Shown here: positions 25,418 to 35,269 of the stretch, in pieces
Layout: the number at the start of each line of letters is the position of its first letter
How positions within the stretch are numbered: the first letter of the stretch is position 1
DNA from: a virus
Lineage: Duplodnaviria; Caudoviricetes
DNA: 60,503 nucleotides
Virus record (IMG/VR): IMGVR_UViG_3300051212_001597
Span: 1 to 60,503 of that record
Reading direction: 5' to 3' (one strand)
Translations under genes and position numbers: made by a program
The notes under the pieces: generated by a model
What the model was told of the DNA's origin: nothing
What the model saw: the letters and a program-made list of their open reading frames with translations, nothing else
Databases searched by the model: none

Positions 25418-26332
25418 ATGAAAATACTATTCATATCCTCTAACGAGCCTGATTATCAAAATGATGTGACCCTGCACGGCCTCAAGAGTTTATTTGGCGA
25501 TTCCGTTGTGGATATTCCTAAAAAGCCATGCATGTACACCAACGAGCACGACACCCAGCCAATATACGGAAATGGCTTTACAATATTTAAAACGCTCCAA
25601 AGTGATAGAGCTGACAGAACAGACATATCAAACAAAATCAAAGGCAAATTTTTCGACGCTATTGTTTACGGATCGGCTAGAAGAAATCTGCAGTTTGTAA
25701 ACGAGGCGTTCGCCGCCTACGATAAATCAAAAATAGCATTTATTGACGGGGAAGACGACACATATATTGGCTTTAATCTAGCAGATAGGGGAGTTTATTT
25801 TAAGCGTGAACTAGGAAATACAACTGAGGGCGTATACCCAATATCTTTTGGTTTTCCTGCTGAAAAAATACCTGCTATATTTATGGAAAAGACAAAGTTA
25901 ATATCTGACACTGTCCCAGGCATAGATCCGTGGAATAGATCTAGCAATGGTAAAAAGAATTACGCGTTCACTAAAGAGGAAGACTACTACGCTGAATATC
26001 AAAAATCAAAATTCGCATGGACATGGAAGAAGGCTGGATGGGACTGTATGAGACATTACGAAATAATCTTTAACAGATGCCTACCGCTTTTTTTCGAGCT
26101 GCAAAAGATGCCAACACAGACAATGGAAAAATTTCCTAGAGAAAAAATTGAAGCTTACCAAGATAAATGGTTTGAAAAATTGACCGAAGGATACGACAAA
26201 TCTCTCAGGATAAAGTGCGACATAGATAAAAATGAATACGATGATGTCGTTGAGTCAATATTTGAGTACAGTAAAAATAATTTAACAACAATAAACACAG
26301 CTAAATCCGTTTTGAATCTTTTAAAACTATGA
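25418..26332 (+). CDS. Putative glycosyltransferase
   Basis: DYQND.TLHGL, IDGED, YFKREL, KKAGWDCMRHYEI; sits within the glycan cluster. Confidence 0.65.
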   Translation: MKILFISSNEPDYQNDVTLHGLKSLFGDSVVDIPKKPCMYTNEHDTQPIYGNGFTIFKTLQSDRADRTDISNKIKGKFFDAIVYGSARRNLQFVNEAFAAYDKSKIAFIDGEDDTYIGFNLADRGVYFKRELGNTTEGVYPISFGFPAEKIPAIFMEKTKLISDTVPGIDPWNRSSNGKKNYAFTKEEDYYAEYQKSKFAWTWKKAGWDCMRHYEIIFNRCLPLFFELQKMPTQTMEKFPREKIEAYQDKWFEKLTEGYDKSLRIKCDIDKNEYDDVVESIFEYSKNNLTTINTAKSVLNLLKL

Positions 26333-27177
26333 CCATGCTATCAGTCTTCGGGTCTTCTGGATTCATAGGCTCTAGATATTCTGAGCTTTACGCTTCAGAA
26401 GCAATACAGATCAAAAGAGATGTGAACCGCCCAGCTACTCCAGAGCTGCTCTATTTAATCAGCACTGTCGATAATTACAATGTATATACCGATCCATATT
26501 TAGATATAAATACAAATCTAATAAAACTTGTAGACGTATTAGAGGAATGCAGAAAAATAGAAGATAAAGATTCTGTTGTATTTAATTTCATAAGCTCTTG
26601 GTTCGTGTACGGAAAAACCAATGACTTCCCAGCTAATGAAGATTCAGTTTGCAATCCGAAAGGGTTTTACTCAATAACTAAATACGCCGCTGAAAACATG
26701 CTAGCTTCGTATTGCAATACATATGGTATAAAATACAGAATATTGAGGCTAACAAATATAATAGGCAAGCACGATAAGAAAATATCAAAAAAGAAAAACG
26801 CAATACAATTCATGATAGAACGTCTGAAACGTAATGAAGATGTTGAGCTTTATAGTTCTGGAAACGTAGTTAGAGACTACATGTTTGTTGATGACTGCTG
26901 CCGAGCAATAAACATGTGCGTCAAAACAGCTCCATATAATGAAATAATAAATATATCGAACTCTGAGCCTATAGAAATAAAAGAAATTATAGAATACGCA
27001 AAAGCTAAAATAGGCTCATCAAGCCGTCTAAAATCCATAGATACGCCGGCGTTTCATAGCAAAGTTCAAATTGCAAACATGTATTTAGATAACACGAAAT
27101 TGCTGAAACTAGGATACAAACCAAGCATGACCGTCTACGACGCTATCGATGAAATATTAGAGATCACCAATGATTGA
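26329..27177 (+). CDS. NAD-dependent epimerase/dehydratase (extended SDR)
   Basis: GSSGFIGS, ISSWFVYG, YSITK, RDYMFVDD. Confidence 0.9.
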   Translation: MTMLSVFGSSGFIGSRYSELYASEAIQIKRDVNRPATPELLYLISTVDNYNVYTDPYLDINTNLIKLVDVLEECRKIEDKDSVVFNFISSWFVYGKTNDFPANEDSVCNPKGFYSITKYAAENMLASYCNTYGIKYRILRLTNIIGKHDKKISKKKNAIQFMIERLKRNEDVELYSSGNVVRDYMFVDDCCRAINMCVKTAPYNEIINISNSEPIEIKEIIEYAKAKIGSSSRLKSIDTPAFHSKVQIANMYLDNTKLLKLGYKPSMTVYDAIDEILEITND

Positions 27178-28513
27178 TTTAAACCTAAATCACTATAAAG
27201 AACAAATAAAAAAAAACGTAGAGGCTATAGTAAACGCAAAAAGTAAAAAGTGGATAGCTGGTAAGGACTGGGTGCAATACTCTGGGTCCTATTTTACAAA
27301 AGATGAATATATAGCTGCGATAGAAAGTCTTCTAGACGGCTGGTTAGCGCTTGGCGATTCTGGAGTGAAGTTCGAAAGATCTTTCAGGGGACGATTAGGA
27401 AAAGCTCGCGGCGCCCTTGTTAATAGTGGATCTAGCGCAAACCTTTTGATGGTATCTGCCCTCAAATCAAAAAGACTTTATAACCTTCCATCAGAAACTA
27501 AAATAATAACGCCAGTAGCAGGATTTCCAACAACTATAAATCCAATAATCCAAAATGGTTTTGTGCCATCCTTTGTAGATATTGAGCTTGACACCCTAAA
27601 TCTAAACCTTGATCAGGTAGAAGAATCGGCTAAAAATGGCGCTAAGGTGTTGATTTTTGCTCACGTATTAGGCAATCCTCCAAATATGGATCGTCTTATG
27701 GAAATAGTAAACAAATACGATCTAATTTTGCTTGAAGATTGCTGCGATGCGTTGGGCGGTAAGTACGGTGGCAGACTACTAGGTTCGTTTGGTAAGTTTT
27801 CGTCTTGCTCATTTTATCCTGCGCACCATATCACTATGGGAGAAGGTGGTTTTGTTGGCTGCAACTCCGAACACGACGAGACCGTGATTAAGAGTCTAAG
27901 AGAGTGGGGAAGAGGTTGTTATTGTTACGGAAAAGGCTCCGCATGTCTTAGGAACGGAATGTGCAAAAGAAGATTTAGCAACTGGCTGCCTAGCATGCCT
28001 GATGAGATATTTGACCATAAATATGTTTATGAAGAGATCGGATATAACCTAAAGCCCTTAGATATGCAAGCGGCAATTGGACTTGTTCAGCTAGAAAAAT
28101 TAGATGAAATAATAAGGATAAGAAACAAAAATTTTGACAGACTGTATAGTATATTTTCCAAGTACGAATCGGTGTTTCATTTGCCAAAGGCGACTGAAAA
28201 GTCAGAACCTTCATGGTTTGCCTTTCCGTTAACTATTCGCGATAAAACATATCTCAAAAGGAACAACTTCACCAGCTTTCTGGAAGATAATAAAATTCAA
28301 ACAAGAAACTACTTTGGCGGCAACATTTTGCTTCAGCCAGGATATTCACACGTATACCATGGCAATGCCAAGCTAGATTTTCCTGTGGCCACAAAAGCAA
28401 CGACAGACACCTTTTTCCTAGGAACTAGCCCTATAATAACCGAAGAACAACTAGACTATATAGAGGTAGTAGTAAAAGACTATTTTGACAAAGCGGAGAA
28501 TATAAGGGTTTGA
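27170..28513 (+). CDS. rfbH: CDP-4-keto-6-deoxyglucose 3-dehydrase-like PMP enzyme (RfbH/DdhC)
   Basis: VNSGSSANL, AGFPTT, AHVLGNP, EDCCDALG, SFYPAHHITMGEGG, WGRGCYC...C, GYNLKPLDMQAA. Confidence 0.9.
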   Translation: MIDLNLNHYKEQIKKNVEAIVNAKSKKWIAGKDWVQYSGSYFTKDEYIAAIESLLDGWLALGDSGVKFERSFRGRLGKARGALVNSGSSANLLMVSALKSKRLYNLPSETKIITPVAGFPTTINPIIQNGFVPSFVDIELDTLNLNLDQVEESAKNGAKVLIFAHVLGNPPNMDRLMEIVNKYDLILLEDCCDALGGKYGGRLLGSFGKFSSCSFYPAHHITMGEGGFVGCNSEHDETVIKSLREWGRGCYCYGKGSACLRNGMCKRRFSNWLPSMPDEIFDHKYVYEEIGYNLKPLDMQAAIGLVQLEKLDEIIRIRNKNFDRLYSIFSKYESVFHLPKATEKSEPSWFAFPLTIRDKTYLKRNNFTSFLEDNKIQTRNYFGGNILLQPGYSHVYHGNAKLDFPVATKATTDTFFLGTSPIITEEQLDYIEVVVKDYFDKAENIRV

Positions 28514-28514
28514 A

Positions 28515-28997
28515 ATGTATTTAAAAATCCGCCTATCTGAGTCAGAATTAAAAATTTGCGAGTGGTTAGCAAAAAATCGTTATAAAAACAACAGAAAAGA
28601 CAATGTTTTAGATAAAAAAATTGGGCCTCAGAGTTGCGACATAACTGATTTAGATGGAATCTGTGGAGAGTTTGCATTTTGTAAAGCGTTTAATCTATAT
28701 CCAGACATGTCTATAGAGCCTAGAAAAGGCGGATTTGATTTAATTTGGAATGGTAAAAAAATAGATATAAAAACAACTAGATATAAAACTGGTAAATTGT
28801 TAGCAACAAAAGATAAAAAATTAGAGGATTCAGATATATACGCTCTAATTATTAAAAACGATCAAAACTACACAATTGCTGGCTGGTGTTATTGTGAAGA
28901 GTTAATAAAAAACAGTAACCTAGTTGATCTAGGTTACGGTTTAACTTATTGTTTGTCTCAGGAAAAGCTTAGAGATATATCTAAACTTACAGTATAG
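28515..28997 (+). CDS. Putative PD-(D/E)XK-fold nuclease
   Basis: GEFAF...FDL...IDIKTT. Confidence 0.5.
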   Translation: MYLKIRLSESELKICEWLAKNRYKNNRKDNVLDKKIGPQSCDITDLDGICGEFAFCKAFNLYPDMSIEPRKGGFDLIWNGKKIDIKTTRYKTGKLLATKDKKLEDSDIYALIIKNDQNYTIAGWCYCEELIKNSNLVDLGYGLTYCLSQEKLRDISKLTV

Positions 28998-29003
28998 TAT
29001 AGT

Positions 29004-29396
29004 TTATATAATCGATCCTACGGGTCCTACCTTTAACCAGATATCTGCTGAGTTTGGCGGATTCGATCCATACGCTAACACAACTTGTAAAGAAGGAATT
29101 GGTAAACCTTGACTACTATTTGCCATAGTACACGTAGCCCAGTGATTAGTTCCGGTAGGGGTAGCTGGAACATTTCTGCTAGCGTTCCATCTTCGCGCTG
29201 GATTTGGGCAAGGGGCGCCAGAAGCAACAACTGCTAAGTTTTGCGGTTTAAAAAACCCAGTAGCAGCACCTCCACCTGGCGCGTTTCCACAAACGGCACA
29301 GGCTTTTCTTGGTGGATAGGGGATACTATCAGCTCTTGCAAAATTTCTTGCAATATCGTTTAATGCTTGATTTAGAATTGAATTATTAAAACACAT
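29004..29396 (-). CDS. Cys/Pro-rich hypothetical protein
   Basis: Start moved to ATG 29396 (MCFNNS...), 10 nt after GTGTATA on the minus strand. Confidence 0.6.
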   Translation of the reverse strand: MCFNNSILNQALNDIARNFARADSIPYPPRKACAVCGNAPGGGAATGFFKPQNLAVVASGAPCPNPARRWNASRNVPATPTGTNHWATCTMANSSQGLPIPSLQVVLAYGSNPPNSADIWLKVGPVGSII

Positions 29397-29398
29397 AC

Positions 29399-29413
29399 TA
29401 TAATAGTATACAC
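29399..29413. promoter_or_regulatory. Overlapping divergent elements: TATAAT (+, 29399-29404) and GTGTATA (-, 29413-29407)
   Basis: The 17-bp gap between divergent start codons contains both motifs. Confidence 0.5.
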
Positions 29414-30421
29414 ATGCGAATAGTCTTTGTAAACAACTTCTACAATGCCGGAGGATCAACAAAAACCGCTTACGCACTAGCCGAAAACTTCTCTAAAAAT
29501 CACGAAATGCAGTTTTACGGATTTTGGGATGGTATATACAGAGAAAAATTTTCTGAACTTGGTGAGACCTTTTTATTAAAATCAAATAATTTTGATTATG
29601 ACGATCTAATGGTTGAAAACATAAGAGTTTTTAATCCTGACATTATTCACATATTTATTCCTGGCAATCAAAATCCTAGCTATTTTAAAAAATTGCCAGA
29701 GAAAGCGAAAAAGTTTGTTACTGTTCTGTGTAATCAAAAACTAGGCTTTGAAAGCAGTAATTTTACTAAAGTTTTCTTTCTATCTAAGTACGGAGAATTA
29801 TTCAGTGGGCCGATTGAAAATGGCATGGTATTGAGGCCTGGTTTTGATTACTCTTTTGAGCACAAGCCGCAAAGACAAAACCCCGTAATCGCAAGAGTTT
29901 CTGCATTCTGCCCATCAAAGCTCGTAGATCACACTGTTTTTGCCGCAAAGAAATTTCCAAAAAACAATTTTATAATTGCTGGAGAAGTTCAAGACTTAGA
30001 ATACTATAAGTACATAATCTCTTTAAAAGAGACCGAAAACATAGATAATCTTAGAATTTTCTCAAACGCCTCAGACGATCTCGTAGCAAAAATTTTAGAA
30101 GAGTGTGACATATGGCACTACCCAACTTCATCAGAAGTTTTTTGTTTCTCTGTACTAGAAGCGATGGCGGCTAAAAAGCCTGTTATATCATATAAACTAG
30201 ACGCGGTAAAGGAATTTTTTGATTACAACGACTGGCTAGCTGATGATGTTGATGACATGATAAACAAAACTGCTGCAATGATAAACCTCGCCCCTTCGGA
30301 AAGAGAGGAAATAGGAGAAAAAAATTATGACTTATATCTGGAATACGGATCAAGAATCTTTTCTGAAAAAGTAATGAGACAATATCTAGAAACTGAATCC
30401 GAAGAAGACTTAGCGCTATAA
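29414..30421 (+). CDS. Glycosyltransferase, GT4
   Basis: MRIVFV...GGS; EVFCFSVLEAMAAKKPVI. Confidence 0.9.
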   Translation: MRIVFVNNFYNAGGSTKTAYALAENFSKNHEMQFYGFWDGIYREKFSELGETFLLKSNNFDYDDLMVENIRVFNPDIIHIFIPGNQNPSYFKKLPEKAKKFVTVLCNQKLGFESSNFTKVFFLSKYGELFSGPIENGMVLRPGFDYSFEHKPQRQNPVIARVSAFCPSKLVDHTVFAAKKFPKNNFIIAGEVQDLEYYKYIISLKETENIDNLRIFSNASDDLVAKILEECDIWHYPTSSEVFCFSVLEAMAAKKPVISYKLDAVKEFFDYNDWLADDVDDMINKTAAMINLAPSEREEIGEKNYDLYLEYGSRIFSEKVMRQYLETESEEDLAL

Positions 30422-30422
30422 T
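30417..30422 (+). promoter_or_regulatory. Putative -10 element (TATAAT)
   Basis: 10 nt before the RNR ATG; no SD and no clear -35 element. Confidence 0.35.
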
Positions 30423-30432
30423 ACATACTAAC

Positions 30433-32361
30433 ATGCAAGAAAAATCACTTCCAACAGAATACCAGAGCTTCATACATATGTCTAGATACTCTAAATGGGT
30501 TCCTTCTGAAAACAGAAGAGAATCATGGGAAGAGACTGTCTCTAGATATTTTAGGTTTATGAAAAAGCACTTAAAAGAAAACCAAGGGTATGAACTTACC
30601 CAAGAGACGGAAAAAGAACTTTTTAATGCGATTCTAAATCTAGAGGTAATGCCTAGTATGCGAGCTTTAATGACTGCTGGTGAAGCTCTCTCTAGAGACA
30701 ACACTGCTGGCTACAATTGCTCTTATGTAGCAGTTGGTAATTTAAGAGTTTTTGATGAAATTCTGTATGTATTGATGTGTGGTACTGGTGTAGGATTTAG
30801 CGTAGAGCGTCAATATGTTGAAAAGCTTCCAACAATCAGTGAAAACTTTAGTCAATCTGATACGACAATTGTCGTTCAAGATAGCAAAGCTGGTTGGAAG
30901 AACGCCTTCAGAGAACTTATCGCTCTACTTGTTGGCGGCCAGATACCGAAATGGGATCTCAGTAAGGTTCGTGCTGCAGGAGAAAGACTTAAAACTTTCG
31001 GAGGAAGAGCGTCTGGACCCGAACCTCTTAATGAACTCTTCAAGTTTACAACAGAAACTTTTAAAAAGGCTGCTGGAAGAAAACTCAATTCCATTGAGTG
31101 CCACGATATTGTTTGTAAAATTGCAGAAATTGTCGTTGTCGGAGGCGTCAGAAGATCCGCTCTTATATCCCTTAGTAATCTCACTGATGAAAGAATGCGA
31201 GACGCAAAAAGTGGGGCCTGGTGGAATGAAAATCCTCAACGCGCACTGGCAAATAACTCGGTCGCCTACAAAGAAAAACCAGACGCCACAATCTTTATAG
31301 AAGAATGGCACTCGTTAATAAAGAGTAAGAGTGGTGAGCGCGGTATATTTAACAGAGATGCCTGTAGAAAGACTGTAGCAAAGCTTGGAGAAAGAAGAGA
31401 TCATAACCATGACTTCGGAACAAACCCATGTTCTGAAATAATCTTGCGAGACAAGCAATTTTGTAATCTTACAGAAGTTGTGGTACGCTCGGATGATGAC
31501 GAAAAGTCTTTAGCCAGAAAAGTAGAGCTAGCCACTATACTAGGCACTTGGCAAGCTTCACTTACTTATTTTCCACACCTGTCTTCTGCTTGGAAAAAGA
31601 ACTGCGAAGAAGAGGCATTACTTGGGGTGTCCTTAACTGGAATATTAGACAATGAAATGATGAGAACAAATAATCAAGAACTTTCAGGATTACTCACTCG
31701 TCTAAAAAATGTTGCTGTAAAAACCAACTCTATTTGGGCTAAAAATATTGGAATAAACAGGGCGGCCGCGATAACATGCATCAAGCCGTCTGGTACTGTT
31801 TCTCAACTTACAGATTCCGCGTCTGGAATACATCCTAGACACAACGAATACTATATAAGAACTGTTAGGGCTGATAGAAAAGATCCGCTTTGTCAGATGA
31901 TGTTAGATATGGGTTTTCCTGCTGAGCCTTGCGTTATGAAGCCAGACAGTGTTATGGTTTTTTCATTCCCGATGAAGGCTGTTGGATCTGTCACTAGAAA
32001 CGATATTGCTGCTATTGATCACCTAGAGTTATGGCTTGCTTACCAAAAGCATTGGTGTGAGCACAAGCCATCAATAACAATAACCGTTAAAGAAAATGAG
32101 TGGTTGGATGTAGGGGCGTGGGTCTACAAGCATTTTGATGAGATTAGCGGAATTTCCTTCTTGCCACATTCAGATCACTCATATAGACAAGCCCCTTATC
32201 AGGACTGCTCAAAAGAAGAATACGAATCTCTCCTTGTTAAAATGCCTAAGGGTGTTGACTGGTCAAATCTTAAGCTTTATGAAAAAGAAGACAGAACTTC
32301 TAGTTCGCAAACTTTAGCTTGCTCCGCAAATGGTTGTGAACTAGTTGATATAGGAGGATAA
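30433..32361 (+). CDS. nrdJ: Class II (B12-dependent) ribonucleotide reductase
   Basis: RESWEETVSR, MPSMR, GYNC, GGVRRSA, GTNPCSEI, FCNLTE, TCIKPSGTVS, C-terminal ACSANGCE; no class I beta subunit nearby. Confidence 0.9.
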   Translation: MQEKSLPTEYQSFIHMSRYSKWVPSENRRESWEETVSRYFRFMKKHLKENQGYELTQETEKELFNAILNLEVMPSMRALMTAGEALSRDNTAGYNCSYVAVGNLRVFDEILYVLMCGTGVGFSVERQYVEKLPTISENFSQSDTTIVVQDSKAGWKNAFRELIALLVGGQIPKWDLSKVRAAGERLKTFGGRASGPEPLNELFKFTTETFKKAAGRKLNSIECHDIVCKIAEIVVVGGVRRSALISLSNLTDERMRDAKSGAWWNENPQRALANNSVAYKEKPDATIFIEEWHSLIKSKSGERGIFNRDACRKTVAKLGERRDHNHDFGTNPCSEIILRDKQFCNLTEVVVRSDDDEKSLARKVELATILGTWQASLTYFPHLSSAWKKNCEEEALLGVSLTGILDNEMMRTNNQELSGLLTRLKNVAVKTNSIWAKNIGINRAAAITCIKPSGTVSQLTDSASGIHPRHNEYYIRTVRADRKDPLCQMMLDMGFPAEPCVMKPDSVMVFSFPMKAVGSVTRNDIAAIDHLELWLAYQKHWCEHKPSITITVKENEWLDVGAWVYKHFDEISGISFLPHSDHSYRQAPYQDCSKEEYESLLVKMPKGVDWSNLKLYEKEDRTSSSQTLACSANGCELVDIGG

Positions 32362-32799
32362 ATGCAGGTAAATCTTAAATTTGTTGATGATAAAAAACTA
32401 AAGCAAATACCAAAATATTCAACAGTTGGCTCTGCTGGTATGGACGTTTGCTCTTCTGAAGAAATTATTATTCATCCAAAATCAATAGCTTTGGTAAAAA
32501 CAAATCTTTCACTAGAAATACCAAGCGGCCATGAAATACAGATAAGATCAAGGAGCGGTTTAGCCGCAAAAAGCGGTATTTTTGTTCTGAATGCTCCAGG
32601 TACTATAGATTCTGATTATAGAGGAGAATTAGGGGTAATACTTTATAACATAAGTGATAAGGAATTTATAATCAAACCAGGAGATAGAATAGCTCAGGCC
32701 GTTCTTTCTAAATACGAAAGAGCTGAAATCATAATCGTAGAATCGATTTCTGAAACAGAAAGAGCCGATGGCGGCTTTGGTTCTACGGGTATAAAATAG
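32362..32799 (+). CDS. dut: dUTP diphosphatase
   Basis: SAGMD, RSRSGLA, GTIDSDYRGE, GDRIAQ, GGFGSTG. Confidence 0.97.
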   Translation: MQVNLKFVDDKKLKQIPKYSTVGSAGMDVCSSEEIIIHPKSIALVKTNLSLEIPSGHEIQIRSRSGLAAKSGIFVLNAPGTIDSDYRGELGVILYNISDKEFIIKPGDRIAQAVLSKYERAEIIIVESISETERADGGFGSTGIK

Positions 32800-32805
32800 T
32801 GTATA
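32799..32805 (+). promoter_or_regulatory. GTGTAT(A/T) putative phage promoter motif
   Basis: GTGTATA 7 nt before ATG 32813. Confidence 0.5.
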
Positions 32806-32812
32806 TATTTTC

Positions 32813-33190
32813 ATGGCAATCAGCGCAGAAAAATATATAATGAAAAATAAAGTTGAATTGCTCAAGCTGTACTCGGCATTTTATGCTGGTCTTGAATTAG
32901 ATACATATATATACGAAAACGTCTTAGAAAAAGACATAAAAAAGAAGGCTTGCGAACTAGCCTCTCTTTGCCACAAGTATGCAAATAGCGATTTGGAATT
33001 TTCTATAAACAAGAATATTCTAATTACAAAAACAGACGAGTATATAATAGAGGAGCTTTACTCTGTCGTGCTATGCGAAGAGCAAGTAAAAATAGGAAAT
33101 CTAACTAGAGAAGGCGATTTCTATATGTCTTCCTCTTCAGAAGATTTTAAGACTATTCCTAGGTACAAAAAATATATAAGAGTTAAATAA
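32813..33190 (+). CDS. Hypothetical protein
   Basis: ORF track; operonic position. Confidence 0.55.
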   Translation: MAISAEKYIMKNKVELLKLYSAFYAGLELDTYIYENVLEKDIKKKACELASLCHKYANSDLEFSINKNILITKTDEYIIEELYSVVLCEEQVKIGNLTREGDFYMSSSSEDFKTIPRYKKYIRVK

Positions 33191-33540
33191 TGCCAATATA
33201 CCCATTTTACTGTGACACTTGCGGTTTCTCAGAAGAGCTTTTTTTAAAAATGACAGACGAAAAACCAACCACTTGTCCCAAAAAATGCGGCGGAAAATAC
33301 ATAAGAGACTACTCTGGAATAAATACTGTAATAGACGCTAGTCAACCTAAAACAATTGGTGATTTAGCAAATAAAAATACTGAAAATCTTGTGAAAGAAG
33401 GCAAACTTCCCAAGTCTGCGCTAGAATTTGACTCTAAAAAGAAAGCCCTTAGAAAGAAGAGGGAGCACATGCGAGATTTGGCCAAAATGACTCAGGCGCA
33501 AAAGACTCATTATATAATGACAGGAGAGAAAAAAATTTGA
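33190..33540 (+). CDS. FmdB-family zinc-ribbon protein
   Basis: MPIYPFYCDTCG...CPKKCGG. Confidence 0.8.
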   Translation: MPIYPFYCDTCGFSEELFLKMTDEKPTTCPKKCGGKYIRDYSGINTVIDASQPKTIGDLANKNTENLVKEGKLPKSALEFDSKKKALRKKREHMRDLAKMTQAQKTHYIMTGEKKI

Positions 33541-33836
33541 GCTTTAAAGTTGAACAAATAAAAAAAGAAGGATTTGAAGCAACTGTTGGAACCTTAATAT
33601 GTGACAACACAGGTCTTAAGATGGCTGAAATAATAATAAGACCTTCTGATATGGATAATTATATCGAGGCTCGTTGGCAAAATGAAAAGCTTCCAACTTC
33701 TGGCACGCATCTTGTTAAAGGAAAACTTTCTTGTAGCCCAATAGAAACTCCAACACAAAAAACGGCTATAATAAAATCAGTTGTAATAAACAAGGACGAC
33801 AAGCAAATAAATAGGCTTGTTGTTAAAAAAATATGA
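33537..33836 (+). CDS. Hypothetical protein
   Basis: Operonic ORF. Confidence 0.5.
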   Translation: MSFKVEQIKKEGFEATVGTLICDNTGLKMAEIIIRPSDMDNYIEARWQNEKLPTSGTHLVKGKLSCSPIETPTQKTAIIKSVVINKDDKQINRLVVKKI

Positions 33837-34171
33837 AATTTATAAGCGAACAAAAACAAATAATGAATAATGATAGCCCTTCCGTTGAATACTACAATGA
33901 ACAAGGCATTGGTTGTGAAGCAGAAGAAAGCGCGGCAGCAAAAAAGACGCTAGCCGGGTCTACAACAAAACACTTTGTAAAGCAATCAAAAAGACAAAGA
34001 AGACTATTTAATCCTATAATAGACAAGATAGATCAGAAAAGCGTTCTCAGAACTGAAAATGAGTTTCTGTTCCAAGAAGTTAACAAGGAGTGTTTTGAGG
34101 AATATTTAAAGTATCTAAAAAATAGAAATAGTTACTTTTTAATGCAGGCAAACACATTTTGGAAAAGATAA
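33833..34171 (+). CDS. Hypothetical phage protein
   Basis: Operonic ORF; LFNP...VNKECFEEYLKYL. Confidence 0.6.
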   Translation: MKFISEQKQIMNNDSPSVEYYNEQGIGCEAEESAAAKKTLAGSTTKHFVKQSKRQRRLFNPIIDKIDQKSVLRTENEFLFQEVNKECFEEYLKYLKNRNSYFLMQANTFWKR

Positions 34172-34422
34172 TGAACAAGACAAAAATAACGAAGTTAAAA
34201 AAAGACGTATTTAATGCCGTGTCTAACAATTGCAGAGATTCAGATTCGGAGATTCTTTGTGAAAAAATTGCAGCAATTTTAGACGAACACTTTAACCCAG
34301 TTGAGCAGAAGGCGTCAGGATCTAAGCCATATCTAGCATCGACTGGATCTACTGAAAAGCAAACCTTTGCAATAAGAACCAAAGGCGAATCTCAGAGAGC
34401 TGATGGAGCGAGGGGGTTATAA
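34159..34422 (+). CDS. Hypothetical protein
   Basis: Operonic ORF. Confidence 0.5.
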   Translation: MEKIMNKTKITKLKKDVFNAVSNNCRDSDSEILCEKIAAILDEHFNPVEQKASGSKPYLASTGSTEKQTFAIRTKGESQRADGARGL

Positions 34423-34901
34423 TGAGAACAGAACCACACCAATCACTAGAAGTTTTTTGGGGTATTAAGTTTAATGATGGTTCTCATGCTCTTGAGGATG
34501 TAAAAACTGCTGGAGAAAAATCTGAATGGTTCTGCATTCAAGATTTAGTAAATAAAGAAAAATATCCAGTATTTCTTAAGTTATTTAAAAGAACTGGTCA
34601 AGGTAATAAAGATTATAAGAGCGTTTGCGTTGGAAATGGAACAGCTAAAAGCTTCTTCTTTTCAAAAAGGGCGTCTTTAATTCTCGGAGAAGATTCATCA
34701 AAAGAAAATTATGGCATAGGCTATCATGATAGTGAGTCACGCAAGGTTTTGATATCCTGGTATGACTCAAATTTGAATCTCGTTGAAAAAGAAGAAAGAG
34801 AAGCTTACATATGCCAGGATATATTGATCCCAAAGATTACGACAGTATCTTCGTACCAAAACTCAAAGTACCAATATCCGCCCACATCACAGAAATTATA
34901 A
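34422..34901 (+). CDS. Hypothetical protein
   Basis: SD-like GAGGGGG and TAATG overlap. Confidence 0.6.
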   Translation: MRTEPHQSLEVFWGIKFNDGSHALEDVKTAGEKSEWFCIQDLVNKEKYPVFLKLFKRTGQGNKDYKSVCVGNGTAKSFFFSKRASLILGEDSSKENYGIGYHDSESRKVLISWYDSNLNLVEKEEREAYICQDILIPKITTVSSYQNSKYQYPPTSQKL

Positions 34902-35269
34902 TTGATAATAAAATTAAGTGGCGGGCAAAATCAGGGGCTGAAATAACAAGGCCCCTGGTTCCTTTTTGGAGAAAGTCTGTTTGCAAGGAAAATCCTGCGC
35001 TTAAACAATTATCCGAAGAGTACGGCTTAGAAATTTCGTACGTCAAAAACCTTCTTAAGGTGTTCAGTAGCAAAAACGTTTTATCATATGTTAAAGACAG
35101 GGGAATTGTAACATTTAGATTCTTGCCTTTAGATAAGCAAAAAACTGTTATATATAACCTATACCAATCAGAGCTTTCTAGCTCAAATGAAGAACAAGAA
35201 AAGAAAGTTGTCGATATCCCGAAGGACCTAACCTTTACTAGGAACACAAAGAAAGAATCAATAATATGA
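34811..35269 (+). CDS. Hypothetical protein
   Basis: Precedes recA with an ATGA overlap. Confidence 0.55.
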   Translation: MPGYIDPKDYDSIFVPKLKVPISAHITEIIIDNKIKWRAKSGAEITRPLVPFWRKSVCKENPALKQLSEEYGLEISYVKNLLKVFSSKNVLSYVKDRGIVTFRFLPLDKQKTVIYNLYQSELSSSNEEQEKKVVDIPKDLTFTRNTKKESII

